The notes: generated from the sequence alone by a model not told the origin. 20,000 nt of DNA from an uncultured delta proteobacterium (GCA_903911145.1 CAIWCD010000007.1:118530-138529), one strand, 5' to 3'; numbered from the stretch's first letter, positions 1-12,352 are shown. Program-made: numbers and translations.

Positions 1-123
1 GAGGCCGCGACGCGTGCCTGCAGCCAGCTCCACCTCGCGCAACAGGTCGCGCTCGATGAGTGCGCAGCGCGCGATCTGGCCCGCCACGCAGCAGCGGGGG
101 CGAGCGGAGGCAAGGGCCGATGA
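1..123 (+). CDS. rph: Probable C-terminal end of ribonuclease PH (partial, 5' end outside window)
   Basis: Frame 1 is open from base 1 (EAATRACSQLHLAQQVALDE...GKGR*). Its TGA overlaps the rdgB ATG (ATGA at 120-123). The L..Q..AL helix resembles the RNase PH C-terminus, and rph-rdgB adjacency is common. Mostly a synteny inference. Confidence 0.6.
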   Translation, partial: EAATRACSQLHLAQQVALDECAARDLARHAAAGASGGKGR

Positions 124-734
124 GACTGCTCGTCGCGACCAGCAACGAAGGCAAGCTCGGAGAGGTGCGCGAGATCCTCGCGCCGTTGCTCGCGGGCGGC
201 CCGCACCAGCTCTTCTCTCTTGCGGGGCTCGCCCTGCCCGCTCCGGCCGAAACGGGCGAGACGTTCCACGACAACGCTGCGATCAAGGCGAGCGAGAGCG
301 CGCTCGCGAGCGGTCTGTGGACGCTCGCCGACGACAGCGGGATTTGCGTCGACGCGCTCTCGGGCGCGCCAGGCGTGCGTTCGGCGCGCTATGCCAATTC
401 GGACGACGCGCGTCGCCAGAAGCTGCTCGGCGCGCTCTCCTCGGTTCCTGCGGCCCGTCGCGGGGCGCACTTCTTCTGCGCGGTCGCGCTCGCCTCGCCG
501 GACGGCAAGCGAATCTTCCGTGCCGAGGGACGCGTTGACGGACAGATCGCCCTTGCTGCGCGAGGCGCGGGCGGCTTCGGGTACGATCCGATCTTCATCC
601 CTGACGAGACGCCGGCGCAGACGCTTGCGGAGCTCTCCGTCGACGAGAAGAACAAGCTCAGCCATCGCGGCCGCGCGCTGGCCCGCCTGGCCCCTCTGCT
701 CGAGCGCCTGCTGCGCGACGGCGATCTCGCATGA
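120..734 (+). CDS. rdgB: Non-canonical purine NTP pyrophosphatase (RdgB/HAM1 family, dITP/XTP pyrophosphatase)
   Basis: Motifs ATSNEGK, ETGETF..NA..KA, ADDSG, PGVRSARY, GFGYDPIF, KNKLSHR. ATG at 120 is preceded by GGAGG. Confidence 0.96.
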   Translation: MRLLVATSNEGKLGEVREILAPLLAGGPHQLFSLAGLALPAPAETGETFHDNAAIKASESALASGLWTLADDSGICVDALSGAPGVRSARYANSDDARRQKLLGALSSVPAARRGAHFFCAVALASPDGKRIFRAEGRVDGQIALAARGAGGFGYDPIFIPDETPAQTLAELSVDEKNKLSHRGRALARLAPLLERLLRDGDLA

Positions 735-760
735 CGCAGAAATCTCTTTGGCAGCAGTGC

Positions 761-789
761 TTGCACTCGCGAGGTCTTCCTGCTAATTC
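761..789 (+). promoter_or_regulatory. Putative sigma70-type promoter for the tRNA-Pro/Arg/His cluster
   Basis: TTGCAC (761-766), 17 nt spacer, TAATTC (784-789) with extended TG at 781-782, then a GC-rich discriminator before tRNA-Pro. Confidence 0.5.
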
Positions 790-805
790 CCCGCGCCGCA
801 TTTGA

Positions 806-879
<74 letters not shown>

Positions 880-914
880 CTTTCGCGGATGTAGAGGCAC
901 AGGTGAGGGTTTAC

Positions 915-991
915 GCGCCAGTAGCTCAGTTGGATAGAGCATCGGCCTTCTAAGCCGGCGGTCGGGGGTTCGATTCCCTCCTGGCGCGCCA
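915..991 (+). tRNA. tRNA-Arg(TCT)
   Basis: Acceptor GCGCCAG/CTGGCGC, anticodon loop CTTCTAA, TTCGATT, encoded CCA. Confidence 0.97.
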
Positions 992-1029
992 GTTGAACCC
1001 GGTGCAGAAGAGGTGAAGCGGTCGTCTGT

Positions 1030-1102
1030 GGTGGCTGTAGATCAATGGTAGATCACTGGACTGTGACTCCAGGTGTTGCGGGTTCGAGTCCCGTCAGCCA
1101 CC
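1030..1102 (+). tRNA. tRNA-His(GTG) with G-1:C73, CCA not encoded
   Basis: G-GTGGCTG/CAGCCAC-C acceptor, anticodon stem CTGGA/TCCAG with loop CTGTGAC, TTCGAGT. Confidence 0.96.
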
Positions 1103-1164
1103 CCTTTTTTCCACCCTCGACGAACAGACAGAAGGCAGCCAAAAAAGGAGTGCGAATCGACTCC

Positions 1165-1193
1165 TTGACACCCGCGCAGATCGCAAGTAAACA
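1165..1193 (+). promoter_or_regulatory. Putative sigma70-type promoter for tRNA-Lys
   Basis: Consensus TTGACA (1165-1170), 17 nt spacer, TAAACA (1188-1193), GC-rich discriminator. Confidence 0.65.
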
Positions 1194-1218
1194 GCGCGGC
1201 CTCTTTCGCCAAGACTTC

Positions 1219-1294
1219 GGGAGCGTAGCTCAATTGGCAGAGCAATGGACTCTTAATCCATAGGTTGAAGGTTCGATTCCTTCCGCTCTCACCA
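1219..1294 (+). tRNA. tRNA-Lys(CTT)
   Basis: Acceptor GGGAGCG/CGCTCTC, anticodon stem ATGGA/TCCAT with loop CTCTTAA, encoded CCA. Confidence 0.97.
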
Positions 1295-1298
1295 GTGC

Positions 1299-1335
1299 AG
1301 GCCCCAGGATTCGCGTCCTGGGGCCTTTTTCTTTT
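1299..1335 (+). terminator. Rho-independent terminator after tRNA-Lys
   Basis: Hairpin AGGCCCCAGGA-ttcgcg-TCCTGGGGCCT followed by TTTTCTTTT. Confidence 0.85.
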
Positions 1336-1354
1336 CGTCGCCCCCCGGCCGCCA

Positions 1355-1384
1355 TTGACGCCCGACGGCCCCTTCCGCTATGTG
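1355..1384 (+). promoter_or_regulatory. Putative sigma70-type promoter for tRNA-Leu (and tig)
   Basis: TTGACG (1355-1360), 18 nt spacer, TATGTG (1379-1384); located between a terminator and tRNA-Leu. Confidence 0.5.
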
Positions 1385-1401
1385 AGCGCCGTTTCGTCAT
1401 T

Positions 1402-1486
1402 GCGAGAGTGGCGGAACTGGCAGACGCGCTGGCCTTAGGAGCCAGTGAGGCAACTCGTGCGGGTTCGAGTCCCGCCTCTCGCACCA
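1402..1486 (+). tRNA. tRNA-Leu(TAG)
   Basis: Acceptor GCGAGAG/CTCTCGC, anticodon loop CTTAGGA, long variable arm GAG-GCAA-CTC, encoded CCA. Confidence 0.97.
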
Positions 1487-1515
1487 ACCTGCGCTCTTGA
1501 GAGAGCGCGCTTCAT

Positions 1516-1546
1516 CGGCCCCGCCGCTGCACGGGGCCGTTTTTTT
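1516..1546 (+). terminator. Terminator-like hairpin between tRNA-Leu and tig
   Basis: CGGCCCCG...CGGGGCCG stem followed by 7 T. Confidence 0.75.
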
Positions 1547-1566
1547 CTCTCCCGGAGGTAGTCCCC

Positions 1567-2844
1567 GTGGTCCAGTCGCGCGTCGAAGATCTCAGCCCTG
1601 TCGTCAAGCGTCTCTCTGTCGAGCTCGCGCCCGAGCAGGTCAAGCGGGAGTTCGAGAGCGCGGTGACGCAGCTCTCGCGGACCGTGCGGCTCAAGGGCTA
1701 TCGCGCCGGACACGCGCCGCGACGACTCGTCGAGCGCCACTTCGCGGACGACCTCAAGCGCGACGTCGCGCAGAAGCTCGTGCATCTCTCGATCAACGAG
1801 GCGCTCAACGAGCACAAGCTCGATCCCGTCGCGCCGCCCCGCGTGGAGAACGGCGAGGTCCTGAACGGTGAAGTGTTCAAGTACGTCGCCACTGTCGAAG
1901 TGCGTCCGGTGGTGGACCCGAAGGAGTACGAGGGTCTCGCAGCTCCCCGCTCCGACGCTGCGCTGAGCGCCGCCGAGGTCGATGAGCGCCTCGAGGAGAT
2001 GCGCACGGAGCAGTCGGTGTTCACCGAGGTCGAAGGCCGCGACGTCGTCGAGGCGGGCGACTACGCGACTGTGGATTACGTCGGCACGATGGACGGCGCG
2101 CCCCTGCGTGGCGCTTCGCGCGAGGGTGTGCTCCTCGAGATGGTTCCGGGATCGCTGCTCGAGAACAAGGCCGAGGCGCTCGTCGGTGCGCGCATCGGCG
2201 AGACGCGCGAGCTGGGCGTTACGTTCCCGAACGACTACGCAGTCGAAGATCTGCGCGGCAAGGAGGCCTCGTTCATGGCCACCGTCAAGGGCATGAAGCG
2301 GCGCAAGACGCCTGAGCTCGACGACGCGTTTGCGAAGGATCTCGGCATGGAGTCGCTCGCGAGCCTGCGCACGCAGGTCGAGAAGGATCTCGGCGAGCGG
2401 CACAAGGAGAAGCTCGAGTCGGCGCAGCGCGAGGCGCTCCTGAATGCGCTGCTCGCGAAGAATCCGATCGAGGCGCCGCCCGCGCTGGTTGAGCGCAACG
2501 TCGACGCGATGCTGCGCGGAATGCTCGAGGGCTTCGAGCGCCGCGGCCTCGACGTCTCGCAACTCGGCGTCAATCTCGATCGCCTGCGCGATGACCTGCG
2601 CGAGCGCGCCCAGACGGAAGTGAAGGCGTATCTCGTGCTCGACGCGATCGGCGACAAGGAGAAGATCGAAGTCACCGACGAGGATCTCGAGAAGCAGTTC
2701 GCGAAGATGGCGGGCGAGATGAACCAGACGCCGGACAAGGTGAAGCTGGCCTTCAAGCGCGCCGATGCGCTCGCGTCGCTCAAGAGCCGCCTCAAGCAGG
2801 ACAAGGCGTACCAGTTCATTCTCGCGAAGGCGTCGTTGAGCTAG
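1567..2844 (+). CDS. tig: Trigger factor
   Basis: Ribosome-binding signature variant GYRAGHAP (GFRxGxxP), FKBP-like middle domain (TFPNDY..EDLRGKEASF), 425 aa, GGAGG SD before GTG, upstream of clpP-clpX. Confidence 0.96.
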   Translation: MVQSRVEDLSPVVKRLSVELAPEQVKREFESAVTQLSRTVRLKGYRAGHAPRRLVERHFADDLKRDVAQKLVHLSINEALNEHKLDPVAPPRVENGEVLNGEVFKYVATVEVRPVVDPKEYEGLAAPRSDAALSAAEVDERLEEMRTEQSVFTEVEGRDVVEAGDYATVDYVGTMDGAPLRGASREGVLLEMVPGSLLENKAEALVGARIGETRELGVTFPNDYAVEDLRGKEASFMATVKGMKRRKTPELDDAFAKDLGMESLASLRTQVEKDLGERHKEKLESAQREALLNALLAKNPIEAPPALVERNVDAMLRGMLEGFERRGLDVSQLGVNLDRLRDDLRERAQTEVKAYLVLDAIGDKEKIEVTDEDLEKQFAKMAGEMNQTPDKVKLAFKRADALASLKSRLKQDKAYQFILAKASLS

Positions 2845-2851
2845 GCCGGTC

Positions 2852-3099
2852 GGCGCGCGCAAGCGGCGGGGAACTCGGCGGCGAACACGCGCCTGTGCGC
2901 TCTCTGCGCGATGCGCGGCGGTCGGTCGTGGAGTGTGCGGAGTTCGAGACGCCCCTTCGGGGATGCGGTCTCCGCTCACGAGCGCGCCTTTTGGTCCCGG
3001 ACCTTGGCGCTGGGCTTATCGGACGCGATTCACGACTGAGCGTCGTGATGGTCGGAGCGAAATGTTCGCCGTCCGAGCTCCCCGCCGCTTGAGCGCGCC
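2852..3099 (+). repeat. Structured intergenic element, copy A (248 nt)
   Basis: Terminal inverted arms 2852-2887 and 3063-3099 (2 substitutions, 1 indel). Internal motifs ACACGCGCCTGT, CGTGGA, GAGCGCGCC, TCCCGGA, GGCGC, TCGGAGCGAAATGT are shared with three other copies. Strand is an arbitrary convention. Confidence 0.9.
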
Positions 3100-3234
3100 T
3101 CTGCAGATGAGACGCATCGACGACGGGCGCGATGCGGGTGCGCCGGTTCTGCGCCAAGAAGAATCAAAGACAAGAGAACATCACGCTGCTTTTCTTTGCT
3201 TGTCCCCTCGATCGACACGACCTGCATTTCGCCA

Positions 3235-3475
3235 GGCGCGCACGGCGGTGGGGAGCGGCCGGCCAACATTTCGCTCCGGAAAGCCCGCCGCGCAGTCGGG
3301 AATCGTGCAGCGCGAACCCAAGCGCCGGCTCCGGGAGCCAAGGCGCGCTCGTCAGCGCTGCAGGAATTTTCCGCGACGGATCGGCCGCGCGCTGACTCCA
3401 CGACCGACAGTCCTGCGACACGCCCGAGGGCCACAGGCGCGTGTTGGCCGGCCGCTCCCCACCGCCGTGCGCGCC
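3235..3475 (-). repeat. Structured intergenic element, copy B (241 nt), inverted relative to A
   Basis: Perfect 34-nt terminal inverted repeat (3235-3268 / 3442-3475); same motif order on the minus strand. Confidence 0.9.
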
Positions 3476-3579
3476 GAGATGGAATCAAGAACTGGCGATC
3501 CCCGCACGCATGTTGGCCGGCCGCTCCCCACCGCCGTGCGCGCCGAGACGAAATCAGCAACTGGCGAACCGCGCACTCT
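3442..3579 (+). repeat. Tandem direct repeat, 2 x 69 bp, duplicating the outer arm of copy B
   Basis: Units start at 3442 and 3511; the first 38 nt are identical (TGTTGGCCGG...CGCCGAGA) and the remainder is similar (AATCA..AACTGGCGA.CC.CGCAC). Confidence 0.9.
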
Positions 3580-3641
3580 CGGTTAGAGTTCAGGAAACCC
3601 GTCCAACAGCCGATAAGACTCAGCAGCGGAGTGCATTCAAA

Positions 3642-4262
3642 ATGAGCTTCTTGATCCCGATCGTCGTCGAGCAGACCCACCGCGGCGAGCGCAGCTACGA
3701 CATTTATTCGCGCCTGCTGAAGGACCGCATCATCCTGCTCGGCAGCGAGGTCACCGACGATTCGGCCAACGCGATCATCGCGCAGATGCTCTTTCTCGAG
3801 AGCGACGATCCCGACAAGGACATCAACCTCTACATCAACAGCCCGGGCGGTTCGGTCACGGCCGGCATGGCGATCTACGACACCATGCAGTACGTGAAGC
3901 CCGCGGTCTCGACGATCTGCATCGGCCAGGCCGCGTCGATGGGCGCGCTGCTGCTCGCGGCGGGCGCGAAGGGCAAGCGCTTCTCGCTGCCGCACTCGCG
4001 CATCATGATCCACCAGCCGTCCGGAGGGTTCGGCGGGCAGGCCTCGGACATCGAGCTGCACGCCAAGGAGATCCTGCGGCTCAAGCACATCCTCAACGAG
4101 ATCATGTCCAAGCACACCGGGCAGCCGGTTGAGCAGGTTCACAAGGACACCGATCGCGACAACTTCATGAGCGCGGCCGACGCGAAGGCCTATGGGCTTA
4201 TCGATGAAGTCATGACGCACGGGCATGCACGTCCGGGCGCTGCACCGACTCCGGCGAAGTAG
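3642..4262 (+). CDS. clpP: ATP-dependent Clp protease proteolytic subunit
   Basis: [25 protein letters not shown], catalytic Ser (AASMG), His (IHQP) and Asp (DRDNFM). ATG at 3642 with GGAG upstream. Confidence 0.98.
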   Translation: MSFLIPIVVEQTHRGERSYDIYSRLLKDRIILLGSEVTDDSANAIIAQMLFLESDDPDKDINLYINSPGGSVTAGMAIYDTMQYVKPAVSTICIGQAASMGALLLAAGAKGKRFSLPHSRIMIHQPSGGFGGQASDIELHAKEILRLKHILNEIMSKHTGQPVEQVHKDTDRDNFMSAADAKAYGLIDEVMTHGHARPGAAPTPAK

Positions 4263-4275
4263 ACAGGGGCGTACT

Positions 4276-5520
<1,245 letters not shown>

Positions 5521-5535
5521 TCGAAATGCGCGTAT

Positions 5536-5779
5536 GCGCCCGAGGCGGCGGGAGGCGGGCGGCGAACACGCACCTGTCTGTCTCGGGGCGCGGCGAAGAG
5601 GCTCAAGCGTAGAGTGCGCGGAGTGGGGAGGGCTCGAGCGGGATTCGAGCCTCCGCGCACGAGCGCGCCTGTTGGTCCCGGACCTTGGCGCTGGCGAAAC
5701 CAGAGGCGCGGCATAAGCGAAACCGGAGCGTTCTATCGGGGCGAAATGTTCGCCGCCCGCCTCCCGCCGCCTCGGGCGC
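5536..5779 (+). repeat. Structured intergenic element, copy C (244 nt)
   Basis: Perfect 33-nt terminal inverted repeat (5536-5568 / 5747-5779). Motifs ACACGCACCTGT, CGTAGA, GAGCGCGCC, GGTCCCGGACC, GGCGC, TCGGGGCGAAATGT. Confidence 0.9.
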
Positions 5780-5875
5780 TTCCTGCAACAAGAGAAGATT
5801 AGATGCGCTCTCGCGAGATTTCGCGAGACGATGGCGCGCTCGTTTCTTCGGCTCTTGACCGGTCATTTCCCGCGA

Positions 5876-6123
5876 GGCGCTTGAGGCGAGGCGGGGAGCG
5901 GCGGGCGACATTTCGCTCCGATATCCCGCTCCGGTTTCGCCTGGCACGCGCAGAGGGTTTCGATAGCGCCCGACTCCGGGAGCAAAAGGCGCGACCCGCA
6001 TGCGGAGCATTGCATCTCGCGTTGCATCCACGTCTCCGCATGCTCCACGCCTGAGTGTCTTCGCCGCTCCCCGAGACATACAGGTGCGTGTCGCCCGCCG
6101 CTCCCCGCCTCGCCTCAAGCGCC
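5876..6123 (-). repeat. Structured intergenic element, copy D (248 nt), inverted relative to C
   Basis: Perfect 35-nt terminal inverted repeat (5876-5910 / 6089-6123); same motif order on the minus strand. Confidence 0.9.
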
Positions 6124-6140
6124 GCTCCATCACTCTCTTA

Positions 6141-6169
6141 CTGACAGACCGCGATCGAGGCATTACGCT
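6141..6169 (+). promoter_or_regulatory. Putative sigma70-type promoter of lon
   Basis: CTGACA (6141-6146), 17 nt spacer, TACGCT (6164-6169), just downstream of copy D. Confidence 0.5.
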
Positions 6170-6214
6170 CCGCGCCCGCCCGCGCCTCACGCGCTCGGGC
6201 GTTGGAGGCAACCC

Positions 6215-8671
<2,457 letters not shown>

Positions 8672-8695
8672 GATGTGACAGAGTTACACTAGTTG

Positions 8696-9490
8696 TCACG
8701 TTGCATCGAGCCAACCGAAGAGGAAGCGGCGCGCGTAGAGGTTGGTCACGCCGAGGCGGCGCAACTCGGTCCCGCGCGGGGAGTCCTTGATCAGCACGCC
8801 CCGGCGCGCGACGCGACGCGCCTGCAAGAGCGTCTCGGGCGAGAGCTGTCCCATCTCGGCGTAGTCGCGCACGACGTCGAAGACGGGCGCTGCGTCGATG
8901 GGCGCGCGGAACATCGGGTCGAAGAGGATGACGTCGGCGCTCTTGTCAGGCATTGAAGCGAGAACCTCGCGATGATCGCCTGCGCGCACGTCGATGCGCG
9001 CGCCCGCATCCAGAGCGGCCTTGGCGAGCCTTCCCTTCCCGCTCGGCCTGCGCAGCGCGGCCTGCGTGAAGGCCGCCAGGAGCGGTGACTTCTCGAAGGC
9101 AATCACGGTTGAGCCCGTCGCGTGGGCTGCAAGCAGCGCGTCGCAGCCGAGGCCGAGCGTGGCGTCGATGACGACCTCGCCCGGACGCAGACCCGATGCG
9201 CGCAGGAGCGAATCCGGCTCACTCTCGAGGACGTGCGCGAGGCGCATGAGCGCCATGCCGAGAGTTGCGCGGCGGCGGACAAGCTGAACAGCACCGTGCT
9301 CATCCTGGGTCGACGAAAAGAGCTCGGCGGTGCGCGCGCTGAGGACCAGCACGGGCGATCCGCCGGCGAGCGCGAGCAGCTCATCGATTAATCGGTTGGC
9401 CCGTGCGGCATAAGCAAGACCAAAACGGGCCGCGATCTCTCGCGCTTCGGCTTCGTCGCCGCTCGGAGAGGTCGTGATCAGCGCCGGCAT
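8696..9490 (-). CDS. Class I SAM-dependent methyltransferase, RsmJ/YhiQ (SAM_MT)-like
   Basis: Motif I VIDATLGLGCDA and motif IV DVILFDPMF match the RsmJ-family pattern (DATxGLGxDA; DPMF). Likely start is ATG 9490 (MPALITT). Substrate not determinable. Confidence 0.8.
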   Translation of the reverse strand: MPALITTSPSGDEAEAREIAARFGLAYAARANRLIDELLALAGGSPVLVLSARTAELFSSTQDEHGAVQLVRRRATLGMALMRLAHVLESEPDSLLRASGLRPGEVVIDATLGLGCDALLAAHATGSTVIAFEKSPLLAAFTQAALRRPSGKGRLAKAALDAGARIDVRAGDHREVLASMPDKSADVILFDPMFRAPIDAAPVFDVVRDYAEMGQLSPETLLQARRVARRGVLIKDSPRGTELRRLGVTNLYARRFLFGWLDAT

Positions 9491-9554
9491 CGATTCCCAA
9501 TCCCGCGCACGAAACCCGCGCCCAGAGAGGGCCGGAGAGATCTGATTGTGAGAC

Positions 9555-9599
9555 AAAAAGAGAACGGCCGCCGCGCGATTCGATCGCGCGAGCGGCCGC
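9555..9599 (-). terminator. Rho-independent terminator (minus strand) downstream of the OMP-like gene
   Basis: Minus strand reads CGGCCGC-T-CGCGCGAT-cga-ATCGCGCG-GCGGCCG then TTCTCTTTTT. Confidence 0.75.
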
Positions 9600-9605
9600 A
9601 GGGAG

Positions 9606-9640
9606 TTTAATCAGGCCTGATTAAAAATGCCTGATTAAAA
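9606..9640. promoter_or_regulatory. AT-rich perfect 20-bp palindrome plus a third half-site (candidate protein-binding site)
   Basis: TTTAATCAGG|CCTGATTAAA at 9606-9625; GCCTGATTAAAA is repeated at 9615-9626 and 9629-9640. Confidence 0.5.
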
Positions 9641-10066
9641 CGAGTAACCGACTCCGAGCGAAGATCTTCACCGGGAGCTTGTCGTAGCTGACCGACGGGC
9701 CGACCTCGACAGGGAAGAAGAGCCCGCCGCAGCAGAAGCGAGGCCGAGTTCGGCGTAGCCGTTGATCGAGAAGCCGTCCGCGACCGAGGCAAATCCCCAA
9801 TCGAGCCCGCCGCGCAGAGCGAAGGCGCTGCCGTATCCGCCGGCCTCGCCAAGTCCTGCATAGACGAGCCGATTGGTCATGTTGTTCGCGGCCGGCGCGG
9901 TCCAGGAGCTGCCGCCGTTGGTCGCGCCCTTCGAGGTGCTGCTCGAATCGCTGGCGGTCGCTGCCGGCGTAGCGGTGGCCGGCGCGTCATCGGCGCGGGC
10001 GGGAGCTGCAACGAGTGCGGAGACGAGAGCGATGAGCAGCGAGGACCTGGCGATGGAACGGAGCAT
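9635..10066 (-). pseudogene. Secreted/outer-membrane beta-barrel-like protein gene, apparently frameshifted or internally deleted
   Basis: Signal peptide ending ARA|DD, Ala/Thr/Ser linker, amphipathic strands (FALRGGLDWGF, FSINGYAELGL). High-GC3 coding continues in a shifted frame (FCCGGLFFPVEVGPSVSYDKLPVKIF), then LGVGYSF* ends at 9635, a typical barrel C-terminal signal. Confidence 0.65.
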
Positions 10067-10204
10067 GGTTTTCCCTCTGAAGATTGCGCCCAGCGGCGCG
10101 GTTCGCGCAGACCTCTAACCGATCAGCTGCTCCCTGCCAACGAAAGATCCAAGCTTGCGCCACTCGGCCTCGCGAGAGAATTTCGCGAGCGTGTCGAACG
10201 ATGC

Positions 10205-10233
10205 TTGACTTCGCGGAGGGTCTCCCGTAGAAA
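10205..10233 (+). promoter_or_regulatory. Putative sigma70-type promoter for tRNA-Val/Asp
   Basis: TTGACT (10205-10210), 17 nt spacer, TAGAAA (10228-10233), GC-rich discriminator. Confidence 0.6.
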
Positions 10234-10254
10234 CCGCGCCCGCTCAGCCGTTTG

Positions 10255-10326
10255 GGGCGGGTAGCTCAGCGGTAGAGCGTCGGTCTTACACACCGAGGGC
10301 CGCAGGTTCGAATCCTGTCCCGCCCA
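10255..10326 (+). tRNA. tRNA-Val(TAC), CCA not encoded
   Basis: Acceptor GGGCGGG/CCCGCCC, anticodon stem TCGGT/ACCGA with loop CTTACAC, TTCGAAT. Confidence 0.97.
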
Positions 10327-10334
10327 TTCGTTGT

Positions 10335-11723
<1,389 letters not shown>

Positions 11724-11726
11724 TTG

Positions 11727-12086
11727 CTACCTCCCTCGCGATGCCGCAAGGCCCGCAACGATCTTGCGCGCCTCGCTCTTGTTGTCCAAGACCACCTTCT
11801 CACTCGACTCCGACGCCAACCAGCGGCGCAAATCGTCGACGAGGATCCGCCACTCGCGCGAGCCGCCTGGTTTCGTCGCGTGGAGTTGCCCCTCATTGAT
11901 GCGCGCGAGGATCGTCTCGTGGGTGTACCCGCTCAGCTCGGCCGCGCGCGCGACGCTTACCGCCAGCTCAGAAGCGGCACCGGTCGTCGAAGTTGGCGCT
12001 GGCCGCATTTCGACGAGCAGCTGTCGCACCTCCTCGCGCAGCACCTCGCGAACCGCTGTCTTGATCTCATCGGTCAACGCGCTCAT
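11727..12086 (-). CDS. Excisionase-like HTH (HTH_17/MerR-type) DNA-binding protein
   Basis: VSVARAAELSGYTHETILARINEGQLHA..PGG.REWRI..DDLRRWL is a typical Xis-family winged HTH. AGGAGA SD before ATG 12086; stop codon lies 3 nt before the int start. Confidence 0.85.
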   Translation of the reverse strand: MSALTDEIKTAVREVLREEVRQLLVEMRPAPTSTTGAASELAVSVARAAELSGYTHETILARINEGQLHATKPGGSREWRILVDDLRRWLASESSEKVVLDNKSEARKIVAGLAASRGR

Positions 12087-12168
12087 CCCGATCTCTCCTT
12101 GGCCGGCGCGAACTCGCCGCGACAACGGATTCAAGCTCGAGGGTGTACAAAGCGAACGAGCATGAAGC

Positions 12169-12198
12169 AATATAGATGCTCATTTAGATTCAAGTCAA
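12169..12198 (-). promoter_or_regulatory. Putative promoter of the xis-int operon with an overlapping operator
   Basis: Minus strand TTGACT, 18 nt spacer, TATATT. The inverted repeat GAGCAT (12158-12163) / ATGCTC (12176-12181) brackets the -10. Confidence 0.55.
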
Positions 12199-12352
12199 GA
12201 TGATCGACGCAGGCAGGTAGCCAGAGCCTCGGGAAGCGGCAAAACCGCTCCCGCGCGCTGACGCGAGCAGCGGCTATCGCGCTCAACGACAAGCGCCAGC
12301 GCATTTCGCTCCTGCCGGGAGCGCGACGGCACACTCTGCGCGGAGACGAGGG

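Noticed and set aside
2881..3070. HDV-like ribozyme (GCGAA before a closing stem; CGC-GCCTGT-GCG mini-hairpin in copy A)
   Set aside because: The P3-like pairing is not maintained in copies B, C and D, and I could not build a nested double pseudoknot.
3442..3579. Mini CRISPR array (38-nt identical repeats, 31-nt gap)
   Set aside because: Only two units, the would-be spacers are similar to each other, the repeat is an arm of the structured element, and no cas genes are present.
3441..3641. N-terminal extension of ClpP with a duplicated [13 protein letters not shown] peptide
   Set aside because: It is a translation of the 69-bp DNA repeat; the ClpP-like sequence and SD point to ATG 3642.
8673..8700. 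TGTGA-containing dyad after lon as a CRP-type site
   Set aside because: The second half-site does not match TCACA at the right spacing, and it lies between convergent stop codons; at most a weak hairpin.
10169..10189. CTCGCGAG-n-TTTCGCGAG dyad, similar to 5810-5827 in the C/D spacer
   Set aside because: TCGCGA words are frequent in this GC-rich DNA and spacing differs between the two sites; insufficient support.
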